Virus record (IMG/VR): IMGVR_UViG_3300028800_002449
Direction: 5' to 3' (one strand)
Length of the DNA: 64,000 bases
Source of the DNA: a virus
Under the pieces are notes generated by a model. That model worked only from the letters and a program-made list of their open reading frames with translations, had not been told where the DNA came from and did not search any database. The number at the start of each line of letters is the position of its first letter. Positions within the stretch are counted from its first letter, which is position 1. Positions 8,421 to 16,412 of this stretch are shown in pieces. Made by a program: the position numbers and the translations under genes.

Positions 8421-9679
8421 CCCTTGACGCAGAGGACCTGCTTCAAGATGGCGACCGTGTCGACGAGATCGGCCTGGTTCTTCATGACGACGTCGATGTC
8501 CTTATAGGCTGACGGGATCTCGTCGATGATCCCCTCGTCCTTGCGACACTCGACGCCCTTCGTCTGAGCCTCCACGTCGGCGATCGTGTACTTGCGCTTC
8601 GCGGCCCCGCGGCTCATGCGCCGGCCCGCGCCGTGGCTCGCCGACATCAACGAGTCGGCGTTTCCGCGTCCGCGCACGATGTACGAGCGCGTGCCCATGG
8701 AGCCGGGGATGATGCCGTAGTCGTTCAGGCCCGCCCGGATCGCACCCTTGCGGGTCACGACGAGGTCCTCTCGGAAGTGGACCTCCTCCGAGACGTAGTT
8801 GTGGTGACAGAGGATCGGGTCGCCGAACTCGACCTCTGGGAAGAACTTCTTCATCGCCTCGGCGTACAGCACGAACATCACCTTCCGGTTGAGGAAGGCG
8901 TAGCGCTGCGCCCAGAAGAGGTCACGACGATAGGCGTCCATCTCGGGCGTGCCCTTGAGGAAGACCGCGAGATCGCGATCTGGCAGAAGCTCGTTGTGGG
9001 TCAGCTTCATCGCCTTGCCCATGTGGATCTCCGCCAAGGTCTTGCCGATGTTCCGAGACCCCGAGTGCAGGACCATGTACACGAACGGGTCTCGCTTCCC
9101 CGTCTCGTTGCAGTCGGAGCAGCCCATGGCGGGCACGCCCACGCCGACCATGCAGTCGCACGTGCCGTCGTCGAGGCAAAGCTCGATGAAGTGGTTGCCG
9201 CCGCCGAGCGTGCCGGACTGCTCGCGTGCGCGCTTCTCCAGATCGGAGACTCCGCCGTCGAGCATGGCGAATTCGGACCAGAGCACGTCGGCCTCGCGCT
9301 TGACCGATTCGGGCATGCGTCCACGGCCGACCGCGTGCTCGTGGCCTGAGAAGCCGACGGGGATGAGGCGCTCGATCTCAGCGCGAAGGGCGGACAGGTC
9401 GTCGGGCAGCTGGCTCGCCCGCAGGGTCGTGCGGATCGCGCCCATCCCGCAGCCGATGTCGACGCCGACGGCGGCCGGCGACACGGCATCCTTCATCGCG
9501 ATCACGGACCCGACAGTCGCGCCCTTGCCGAAGTGGACGTCCGGCATGACCGAGACGTGGACCACCCAGGGCAGCGACGCGATGTTGCGGAGCTGGTCGA
9601 GCGCCTGGCTCTCGACCTCCGCGATCTGGGTCCAGACCTTGATGTCGACCCGGCCACCCTTCAGCGTCTCGTAGCTCAT
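8417..9679 (-). CDS. rtcB: RtcB RNA-splicing/repair ligase
   Basis: 420 aa; motifs GNHFIEL, HSGSRNIG and ASHGAGR typical of RtcB. SD GAGGAGACAACC upstream. Confidence 0.9.
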   Translation of the reverse strand: MSYETLKGGRVDIKVWTQIAEVESQALDQLRNIASLPWVVHVSVMPDVHFGKGATVGSVIAMKDAVSPAAVGVDIGCGMGAIRTTLRASQLPDDLSALRAEIERLIPVGFSGHEHAVGRGRMPESVKREADVLWSEFAMLDGGVSDLEKRAREQSGTLGGGNHFIELCLDDGTCDCMVGVGVPAMGCSDCNETGKRDPFVYMVLHSGSRNIGKTLAEIHMGKAMKLTHNELLPDRDLAVFLKGTPEMDAYRRDLFWAQRYAFLNRKVMFVLYAEAMKKFFPEVEFGDPILCHHNYVSEEVHFREDLVVTRKGAIRAGLNDYGIIPGSMGTRSYIVRGRGNADSLMSASHGAGRRMSRGAAKRKYTIADVEAQTKGVECRKDEGIIDEIPSAYKDIDVVMKNQADLVDTVAILKQVLCVKG

Positions 9680-9699
9680 GGTTGTCTCCTCGCCAGCTA

Positions 9700-9750
9700 C
9701 CCTACCGGCACCACTATTTTAGTCAAGATAATTTTACTCAGGATCAACCC
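9700..9750 (-). promoter_or_regulatory. Promoter motif type 1 upstream of rtcB (coding strand AAATTATCTTGACT-N16-TAGGGT)
   Basis: AT-rich island in a GC-rich sequence; plus strand reads TATTTTAGTCAAGATAATTTTA; a -35-like TTGACT and a -10-like TAGGGT. Confidence 0.55.
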
Positions 9751-10018
9751 AGTAGTCGGGCAGCACCTGAGCATTTTCGTCTTCCATACCGTCGCGACTC
9801 GCGTGCTCATCACACGACGGCGTTCCATCTGCGAGCAGGGTCGTAGCGATACGGCGACATGTGACGCCCTCGAACGTCGAGCAGCGGTCACCATCGAAGG
9901 TGGGTGGTGTCGGCGTCTGATTGGTGACCATGCATCGTCCGCTACTCTTTCGAGCGGTGCGATCTATGACGACCTGACGTCGACCGTCGCGGTGATAGAT
10001 GATTCCCTTGCCACTCAT
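9734..10018 (-). CDS. Hypothetical Cys-containing protein, about 94 aa
   Basis: Internal Met MSGKGIIYHRDG of ORF 9734..10216(-). Confidence 0.35.
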   Translation of the reverse strand: MSGKGIIYHRDGRRQVVIDRTARKSSGRCMVTNQTPTPPTFDGDRCSTFEGVTCRRIATTLLADGTPSCDEHASRDGMEDENAQVLPDYWVDPE

Positions 10019-10218
10019 TTCGTGACTCTTCTCTCGTCCTGCGCACAAAGGACCTTCAGTTTTTCCTGGGAGATCTCTTCGAGCTTCAGCTCGCCCAGGA
10101 CGCCTCCGGCCTGGTGGTTGAGATTCTGAAGACGGATCCTCGCCTCCTTCTTCGTCTTGAAGGTCAGCGCTGTCGGCCAGCCGACGGGCTGGCCGTTGTC
10201 CATCATGATCACCCACAT
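10015..10218 (-). CDS. Hypothetical protein, 67 aa
   Basis: ORF. Confidence 0.4.
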   Translation of the reverse strand: MWVIMMDNGQPVGWPTALTFKTKKEARIRLQNLNHQAGGVLGELKLEEISQEKLKVLCAQDERRVTK

Positions 10219-10223
10219 GGAAG

Positions 10224-10439
10224 CTAGACGTCCTGCGACTTCTCCGTGGACGACTTCTTGGCGATCTCTTCAGTCGTCATTCGGTGAAGCTCGGTGCCGG
10301 GGACCATGTTCTTTGCCGCGTCCTTGCCGCCGAGGTCAGCTGACATCTGGGCGAATATCCGGTTCGCGGCCGAGCCCTTGAACGTGATGGTCGTGCCGTT
10401 GCGCTTCGACTTCTTGATTGTGATCTTGCTCGTCATCAT
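10224..10439 (-). CDS. Hypothetical protein, about 71 aa
   Basis: Internal Met MMTSKITIKK. Confidence 0.35.
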   Translation of the reverse strand: MMTSKITIKKSKRNGTTITFKGSAANRIFAQMSADLGGKDAAKNMVPGTELHRMTTEEIAKKSSTEKSQDV

Positions 10440-10831
10440 GTCTCCAGCGGGATCTCGCCGAACCTGTCGACGAGAGGGTTGAAAGCTTTCTTCCGGCAGG
10501 TTCGGAACCACCTGTCCTTGAAGCAGGCGCTCGTGCAGGCGTGATCTGGCACAAGCTCGTTACCGTTCAAGATCGCCGTCATGACGTTCACGAGGTTGAG
10601 CATCAAGTTCTCCTTGAGCACGAGATGCAGGCTCGGGCAGGCCATCAAGAACTCGGCGATCTTGCGACACTCGGCCATCGTCGTCGCGGCGCGGATGGCC
10701 ATCCCGAACTCGTTGTCGATCTTCCTGATGCCGTGGGGCGTGTAGCCCGTGGAGACCGGCCAGGACCACTGGAAAGACTGGTCGACGTAGATCTCGTCGC
10801 CCTCTTCGAAGAGGTCGCCCCAGCCGATCAT
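10436..10831 (-). CDS. Hypothetical protein, about 131 aa
   Basis: ATG (MIGWGDLFEE) overlapping the stop of an upstream micro-ORF (ATGA). Confidence 0.45.
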   Translation of the reverse strand: MIGWGDLFEEGDEIYVDQSFQWSWPVSTGYTPHGIRKIDNEFGMAIRAATTMAECRKIAEFLMACPSLHLVLKENLMLNLVNVMTAILNGNELVPDHACTSACFKDRWFRTCRKKAFNPLVDRFGEIPLET

Positions 10832-10855
10832 CGTCCCCTCGCACACAGGAACAGG

Positions 10856-10972
10856 AAGACGCCGATCGCGAGCAGACCCAAAAAACAGATCAGCTGCAAC
10901 GCACGCGCGACGAACAGCAGCACGCGCCGCACTTCACGATCTGGATCATCATTTTCATCCGGACGACGCATC
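10856..10972 (-). CDS. Unlisted micro-ORF, about 38-47 aa, single TM peptide
   Basis: Manual translation gives MRRPDENDDPDREVRRVLLFVARALQLICFLGLLAIGVFLFLCARGR. The stop overlaps the next ATG. Confidence 0.25.
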
Positions 10973-10974
10973 TT

Positions 10975-11424
10975 CTATCTACCTCGGGCGTTCTCTCTGA
11001 TCTCTCGGAGGAGATGGGCGGCGATGTTCTGCTCGGCCGCCTCCATGTCGAAGTAGCGCGAGGACACACGCGAGTACCCGGGGAGGTCGCGGAGCCACGC
11101 GGACACGCACGGCATGAGCACGATGAGGGTCTGTTTCTTGCCGTCGAGGTCGTCCTTGAAGCACGTGCCGAGGTAGTTGGCCCACTCGGCGACGATCGGA
11201 TCGCACCAAGCAGCCTTCGGCGGCTCCTCCCAAGCCCTCATGTGCCCGACGACGACTGCCTCGACCAACATCCTCGTCGTGACGACGAACGGAGTCGTCC
11301 ACTGCGGATCGCCGGCCCTGGCAGCCCTCATCCTGACCGTGGCCTCGTCGAGGAGACGGACCAGATCGTCGGGCGTTCTCATTTCTGAGACTAAGAATTT
11401 GTCGAAAAGATTATGGTCGTTCAT
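10975..11424 (-). CDS. Hypothetical protein, about 149 aa
   Basis: Internal Met MNDHNLFDKF of ORF 10975..11631(-). Confidence 0.45.
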   Translation of the reverse strand: MNDHNLFDKFLVSEMRTPDDLVRLLDEATVRMRAARAGDPQWTTPFVVTTRMLVEAVVVGHMRAWEEPPKAAWCDPIVAEWANYLGTCFKDDLDGKKQTLIVLMPCVSAWLRDLPGYSRVSSRYFDMEAAEQNIAAHLLREIRENARGR

Positions 11425-11426
11425 GA

Positions 11427-11564
11427 CAAGCACGCCGCCAACACGACGATCAAGACTCCACGGACGACCCAGCAGCCAGGACAGGCCCGAACGTAGCTCT
11501 TCTCCAGCTCGCACCAGAAGAAGATGCCGCAGAGGAGCACGGCTGCTGCTAGCGTGATCATCAT
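11427..11564 (-). CDS. Unlisted micro-ORF, about 46 aa, membrane peptide
   Basis: Manual translation gives MMITLAAAVLLCGIFFWCELEKSYVRACPGCWVVRGVLIVVLAACLS. TGAATG and ATGA junctions on both sides. Confidence 0.3.
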
Positions 11565-11792
11565 TCACGCCAACCCGATCGCCTCGCGACCGAGCGCGGT
11601 GATCTGAACCTCCGAGATGTCTTCCGCCCATAGCACCAGTCCTCGATCTGCCAAGATGGCCAAAGTGCGTTCATACCTGGAAGGCTGTCCCACGACGACG
11701 TGCTCCGAGTAGGCGTCGTTCACGAGGTCCGTGCGCCCGGAGGCGAGGGCCTTGAGAATCTGACGCTGCTTCCCTGTCAACCTGACGGCCAT
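11565..11792 (-). CDS. Small putative DNA-binding (HTH-like) protein, 75 aa
   Basis: LTGKQRQILKALASGRTDL resembles an HTH. Confidence 0.4.
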   Translation of the reverse strand: MAVRLTGKQRQILKALASGRTDLVNDAYSEHVVVGQPSRYERTLAILADRGLVLWAEDISEVQITALGREAIGLA

Positions 11793-11795
11793 GCT

Positions 11796-12071
11796 TCAAT
11801 CTTCGAGCGTCTCGGGGTGATCGACCTTGTTCACCGTCGCGCGATTCAGCATCGGCTGGACTAGCCGGTTCTCGATCTCCTTCGCGAGGCTACGCAGGAG
11901 CATCGCCTCCTTGTCGTTGTCCTCGACGAAGGCCTTGGTCGCCTTCTCCTTGATGAAGGAGATGACGGCCCTCGCACCAGGAGCATGCCCTTCGAGGAAG
12001 CCCTGCGTTTTGATGTTGTCGTAGGAGTGCCTGACGCCCTTGGCGTCCTTGAGGATGGCGTCTCTGCTCAT
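11796..12071 (-). CDS. Hypothetical protein, 91 aa
   Basis: ORF. Confidence 0.4.
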   Translation of the reverse strand: MSRDAILKDAKGVRHSYDNIKTQGFLEGHAPGARAVISFIKEKATKAFVEDNDKEAMLLRSLAKEIENRLVQPMLNRATVNKVDHPETLED

Positions 12072-12340
12072 GGTTCATCTCTCCTGCGCACGTTCGCGAG
12101 GCGCTCCAGCAGCTCACGAATAGTCGGCCGTCGATACACGAAATAGTTGAGAGGACGATGGCCGGGGCAGCGCGGGATGACGCCTGCGATGAGGCGGCCG
12201 GATTTCACGACGCTATTCATGATCGGATGCATGTCCACGCCACAGCGACTGCATTCGATCTTGTTGTCTTCGTCCTTCGTCGTCTGATGACCGAGGCGCT
12301 TGACGGCGATCCAGAAGTCCTTCGGTTGGAACTGGGTCCT
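12068..12340 (-). CDS. Zinc-finger hypothetical protein, about 90 aa, GTG start
   Basis: GTGA overlap with the upstream stop; CSRCGVDMH...CPGH. Confidence 0.35.
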   Translation of the reverse strand, partial: RTQFQPKDFWIAVKRLGHQTTKDEDNKIECSRCGVDMHPIMNSVVKSGRLIAGVIPRCPGHRPLNYFVYRRPTIRELLERLANVRRRDEP

Positions 12341-13047
12341 CACGACCGCTCGCCCTTCCTCAGGTGTTTGCCGACGATCTTCTTCATGACGGAGAGGAAG
12401 CCTCGCGCGTGGTTGTCGTAGAAGAAGAACTCCGTCGGCGGCTCGCCCGTGCATTGGGGGATGTATAGGAACGACGTCCCCCAGTAGTAGTCGGGAAGCT
12501 CGTGGTGGACGACGAGGATCCGCGAGCCAGCATGGACGCTGTCGTCGCATCGAAGAAGCTCCATGCTCGACACGGACTCGATGTAGCGTTCGATCCGCTT
12601 GATGAAGTCCCAACCCTGGAACTTCCACGCACTCTCTGGAGTCTTCGATTTCGCGTTCGCGAACTTTTTATGAAAAGCATGCCACGGCGCGAACATGGCG
12701 CTCGTGCGCGCGTCTCGACCCGCATCGCTGGCGTGGTAGACGCCGATCTCCGTCGCGGTCATCGGCCTTCTGAGGACGTCGCCTTTGCACTTGATGCAGA
12801 TGTAGTTCACCTCGGGCACGCGCTTCACGTACGGCTGACTCACATACTGACGGCCTAAGACCTTCTTGAATCGCTTCTGCTGACGCTTCCAGTCGCTCCG
12901 CGTGAAGGTTTTTCGAAGGACCATCGCTCGGCTACAGACGCCGGTCTTCTCCTTACACTTCGGGCATGGCGGAGCCAAGGCGACAGAGAGCTTGCGCGCT
13001 CTCGCCTCCAGCTTCTGCACGGCCTTGAGGGTCAGGATCTTCTTCAT
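12340..13047 (-). CDS. Hypothetical protein, about 235 aa, with N-terminal zinc ribbon
   Basis: Internal Met MKKILTLKAV; CPKCKEK...CIKCKG. Confidence 0.45.
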   Translation of the reverse strand: MKKILTLKAVQKLEARARKLSVALAPPCPKCKEKTGVCSRAMVLRKTFTRSDWKRQQKRFKKVLGRQYVSQPYVKRVPEVNYICIKCKGDVLRRPMTATEIGVYHASDAGRDARTSAMFAPWHAFHKKFANAKSKTPESAWKFQGWDFIKRIERYIESVSSMELLRCDDSVHAGSRILVVHHELPDYYWGTSFLYIPQCTGEPPTEFFFYDNHARGFLSVMKKIVGKHLRKGERS

Positions 13048-13051
13048 AGAG

Positions 13052-13408
13052 CTACTCGATGATCTGCTTCTGGTCGACGCTTTCGATCTCGACGGCGCGT
13101 GGCGAGCGCGAGCGCGCGAGATCGACGGCCTTCTGGCAGGCACCATCGCCGCCGGGCGCGTCTCTGTCGTAGAGATCTGCGTTGTAGAGCTTGCTCGACG
13201 ACAGGTCGATGCGAACCTTCAGCGGTCGGCCGCAGAACCAATCGAAGCTCATGTTCACGCCGCGCACGTGGTCCGGATACAGCTGACGGGCTTCGTCGGC
13301 GGTCATGTCATGGCCGATGTCGTGCGTGAGTCCCATGCCGACGGATTTTGTCCCGTTGTGTAAAGCGGCCACAAGCTCGCCGAGGTCGATCCCGAAGACG
13401 TCGACCAT
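13052..13408 (-). CDS. Hypothetical protein, 118 aa
   Basis: ORF. Confidence 0.45.
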   Translation of the reverse strand: MVDVFGIDLGELVAALHNGTKSVGMGLTHDIGHDMTADEARQLYPDHVRGVNMSFDWFCGRPLKVRIDLSSSKLYNADLYDRDAPGGDGACQKAVDLARSRSPRAVEIESVDQKQIIE

Positions 13409-13411
13409 GGC

Positions 13412-13606
13412 TCAGCTCAGGAAGAATGAGAACGTCGACTTGATCATCGACAGGCTCACCTGATGGAAGATCAGCCACTTGACCCAGGCGAACGGCGCAC
13501 AGAAGTAGTCGCCGATTGACCAGAAAATGCTGTGATGCCTCGTGTACCCCACCATAGCGGTGCAAGTGCAGAAGAGCAGGTAGATGACGAGTCCGATCCG
13601 TTTCAT
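13412..13606 (-). CDS. Small membrane protein, about 64 aa
   Basis: Internal Met MKRIGLVIYLLFCTCTAMVGY. Confidence 0.4.
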   Translation of the reverse strand: MKRIGLVIYLLFCTCTAMVGYTRHHSIFWSIGDYFCAPFAWVKWLIFHQVSLSMIKSTFSFFLS

Positions 13607-14055
13607 CAGTCCCTCCGTGATTCCTCTATGGACGTCCTCACGTTGAGAACCATGCCGCGCGAGGAGAAGTCGATCTGGCGATGACCGATGTAGAGCACGA
13701 TGCCGTCCTCGAAGACTAACTTCACGGTGTCGCGATCTTCGACCGTAAACGAACGGAGGGTGCGACCCGACAGCGCAGCGACTCGCTCCGCCATATAGTC
13801 GCGAGCCTGCGCCGCACCCGCCTCGCAACCGGGAACATGTCCCTTCTTGCCACCGCATTCCGAGCAGGGCAGGACATCTTTCGGGCGTGTCGGCAGCTCA
13901 GGATTGTCGATGTTGGCGGCAGCCACTTCCGCGAGGACGCTCTTTGCGATGTCGACGGCATTGCCGCCGGTCATGCCGTCCCTGTTGACGAACTGGGCGG
14001 ACACGCGCTCCAGGGCCGCGCGCATGCCGTCGAACGCCTCGCGGAAGGTCTTCAT
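13606..14055 (-). CDS. Hypothetical protein, about 149 aa
   Basis: Internal Met MKTFREAFDG of ORF 13606..14472(-). Confidence 0.45.
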   Translation of the reverse strand: MKTFREAFDGMRAALERVSAQFVNRDGMTGGNAVDIAKSVLAEVAAANIDNPELPTRPKDVLPCSECGGKKGHVPGCEAGAAQARDYMAERVAALSGRTLRSFTVEDRDTVKLVFEDGIVLYIGHRQIDFSSRGMVLNVRTSIEESRRD

Positions 14056-14057
14056 GA

Positions 14058-14972
14058 CTACTTGCCCGACTTCCCGCTGCTGCCCTTGCCCGTGATCTTC
14101 TTCTTGGCGATGCCGCTCACGAACTCGGAGAGGCGGCCGTTCGAGGCCACGAGGTCGCCGTGCGTGGCCTTGCCGAAAACCCACTCGATGGTGATGCGGG
14201 TCTGGCTGCTGAGGGCCGCCATCGCCTCCTCGTCGCGGTAGAGACGGCGGAGGCGAGCCAGGGCCGACTCCTTCTTCTCGACTGGGTCGCCGCTGCCGTT
14301 GCCGCCCTTGCTGCCGCCCTTCTTGGGAGCGGACTCGATGAGCTTGATGAGGGCCTCGTCCTGATCCTCGCGCGTCAGGTCGGCGAGGTTCTCGACGGCC
14401 GCGTGGAAGGCGACCTGGCCCGTCCGGATGGCGGATTGGACGACGGAGGACAGCGTGTCGAGCTTCGCCCACGTCTTGATCGTGTTGACCGTCGTGTGGA
14501 AGTCGACCGCCAGCTCGGCGTCCGACTTGCCGAAGCGGCGACGTGCGTCGTTGGCCTTCTCGGCCCGCGTGACGATGTCGTCCCCGAGCGAGACGTAGTT
14601 CGTGATGCTGTTGGTCGACGAGGCCGACGAGTCGTTCTCGTTGCGGATGATGACCGGGATCTTGCGAGGCGTCCCGCCCTCGGCCACGATGCGCTTGTTG
14701 GCCTCGATCGCGTTCTTCGTGCGCTGACGGCCCGCGGAGACCTCGAAGAGGGGGCCGTTCTTGCGGACGATGACGGGCTCGATGACTCCGTGGGCGATGA
14801 TCGAGGCGACCATGCCCTCGTCGATCGGAAGGTGGACGCGCTTGTCGTAGAGCGGGTGCTTGACGTCGAACACGAGCGTCAGCGACGCCGGGTCGACGTT
14901 GTAGATGTTCGAACGGGACGCGTCGACGATGGCGACTTTCTTGCGCTTCACAGTCTCGGTGGTCGGGCTCAT
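14058..14972 (-). CDS. ParB-like nuclease-domain protein
   Basis: PVIVRKNGPLFEVSAGRQRTKNAIEA resembles the ParB/sulfiredoxin GxRR box. SD GAGGAGACAACCC ahead of Met6; Lys/Gly-rich tail. Confidence 0.6.
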   Translation of the reverse strand: MSPTTETVKRKKVAIVDASRSNIYNVDPASLTLVFDVKHPLYDKRVHLPIDEGMVASIIAHGVIEPVIVRKNGPLFEVSAGRQRTKNAIEANKRIVAEGGTPRKIPVIIRNENDSSASSTNSITNYVSLGDDIVTRAEKANDARRRFGKSDAELAVDFHTTVNTIKTWAKLDTLSSVVQSAIRTGQVAFHAAVENLADLTREDQDEALIKLIESAPKKGGSKGGNGSGDPVEKKESALARLRRLYRDEEAMAALSSQTRITIEWVFGKATHGDLVASNGRLSEFVSGIAKKKITGKGSSGKSGK

Positions 14973-15029
14973 GGGTTGTCTCCTCATTTGACGGTCAGCG
15001 TTAGCGACCTGACGAAAACCATCCTAAAC

Positions 15030-15075
15030 CCAGACCAGTATCTTACGCAAGATAAAAAATAAAAAATCTTTCAGC
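15030..15075 (-). promoter_or_regulatory. Promoter motif type 1 (coding strand TTTTTATCTTGCGTAAGAT-N13-TAGGAT)
   Basis: Plus strand reads TATCTTACGCAAGATAAAAAATAAAAAA. Palindromic TATCTT-ACGC-AAGATA overlaps a TTGCGT -35; TAGGATGG -10. Confidence 0.6.
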
Positions 15076-15325
15076 CTTCGGGCTGGGACCTCTTGAGGCT
15101 CTCGAAGTCTTCGTCGATGACCATCTCCTCGCAGGCACTCCCGTGCAGACGGCACTCTCCGACGATCCCACCGCCTACCATCCACACATGCGTGCGAAGC
15201 TCGCAGCCGCATCGGGCGCAGATGGTGTCACCTCGGAGCTGCTGCCATTCCTCCTGAGCGAGCGTCACGAGCTTCTTCGGCTCGACGTCGACCTCTTGCG
15301 CGTCGGAGACCGCGAGGCTCTTCAT
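15071..15325 (-). CDS. Zinc-ribbon hypothetical protein, about 84 aa
   Basis: Internal Met MKSLAVSD; CARCGC...C. Confidence 0.35.
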   Translation of the reverse strand: MKSLAVSDAQEVDVEPKKLVTLAQEEWQQLRGDTICARCGCELRTHVWMVGGGIVGECRLHGSACEEMVIDEDFESLKRSQPEG

Positions 15326-15543
15326 TTGCGACGACTCTTGATCTTGAACGTGCCGACAGCCAGCGCATGATCGCCGCCGGCCGTGCCGACCTTGTCCCTG
15401 TACCGCATCTGCGCGTTGAAGAGCTGAGTCGCGCCGTGGCAGCGCATCCATCCGCCCTTCGTGCAGCGGTCCTTGGCTGGCTTGGTGAGGTCGCAGGTGC
15501 AGCCGGGAGGACCCGGCCAGGTCATCCAGAGCGGCTTGCTCAT
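15322..15543 (-). CDS. Cys-rich hypothetical protein, about 73 aa
   Basis: Internal Met MSKPLWMTW. Confidence 0.3.
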   Translation of the reverse strand: MSKPLWMTWPGPPGCTCDLTKPAKDRCTKGGWMRCHGATQLFNAQMRYRDKVGTAGGDHALAVGTFKIKSRRK

Positions 15544-15717
15544 GGCTTCCTGGCCTCCCTCAGCACGCGCGCGCACTCGGCGGCTTCCTCAGACGTCTTG
15601 AAGAGAAGCGACGTCTTGATCTCGGCCAAGCCATCCATATAGGTCCTGACGTAAACGTACCTGCCGGAGGCACGTGCGTACTCGACGAGAGGCGCCTTCT
15701 CCTTCTTGACGTCCACG

Positions 15718-15927
15718 TCACATCCCCTGCACGACGCCGCCGTCGGCGAGGTCGATCACGTACCAGTTCCACACGTGCTCCCAGTGGTGACCCTTCGCTG
15801 CTTCCTTCGCAGCCTCGGCCGTCTCGAACTGGCAGATCTCTTCCTCTTCGTCCTTGAGAGGAAGGATCCGAGTCTTCTTCGTACTGCCCTTGCCGAGCGG
15901 CTGCTCTATCAACAAAACGAACGCCAT
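15718..15927 (-). CDS. Hypothetical acidic protein, 69 aa
   Basis: ORF. Confidence 0.4.
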   Translation of the reverse strand: MAFVLLIEQPLGKGSTKKTRILPLKDEEEEICQFETAEAAKEAAKGHHWEHVWNWYVIDLADGGVVQGM

Positions 15928-15936
15928 TCGTACACC

Positions 15937-16188
15937 TCACCCCTCTTCTTGATGCCGATCGTTTCCCACGCAGAAGCGCATGTCGCCCTGAGCCTCGACA
16001 TCGGCATGGCTGCCGGACAAGCTCTCGGGACACAGGTCGACCTTGATCTTGCCCGAGAGCTTGATGCGCAAGACGGTCCCCGTCCGCCCCTGCACCCAGA
16101 GCGTGTTCCCGCCGTCGTCGAACTCGACGCAGAGCACGTCGATGCAGTAGCGAGCACGCTCTTCTAGCTCTTCGGAAATGTCGCTCAT
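15937..16188 (-). CDS. Hypothetical protein, 83 aa
   Basis: ORF. Confidence 0.4.
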   Translation of the reverse strand: MSDISEELEERARYCIDVLCVEFDDGGNTLWVQGRTGTVLRIKLSGKIKVDLCPESLSGSHADVEAQGDMRFCVGNDRHQEEG

Positions 16189-16359
16189 TCGGCCTCTCGA
16201 TGGGAATTGAACCCACTGTCGCTCGTCAGGCGTAGCTGTCAGGCCCTAAACAGCTCCAGAAAAAACCTGGAGCCGGAAAGGAGATCTTTGCCTGATGACA
16301 AATCCCACTCCCGATGGCGTCAGGAGGTTGCGGGATCAGCTTGCGCGTCGCCGTCCGCG

Positions 16360-16404
16360 CCGCGAGAGACGAAAGAGGGGGAAGATCTCGCGACCTTCCC
16401 CCTC
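16360..16404 (-). terminator. Putative intrinsic terminator downstream of the MVP gene
   Basis: Perfect 10-bp inverted repeat AGAGGGGGAAG / CTTCCCCCTC with a 10-nt loop, followed on the minus strand by UUUCGUCUCUC. Confidence 0.45.
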
Positions 16405-16412
16405 GGGTGCTG

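Noticed and set aside
16195-16265. tRNA-like T-arm GGGTTCAATTCCC on the minus strand, between the 15937..16188 gene start and the MVP terminator.
   Set aside because: No acceptor, D or anticodon arm could be paired by hand; recorded only as a possible tRNA remnant.
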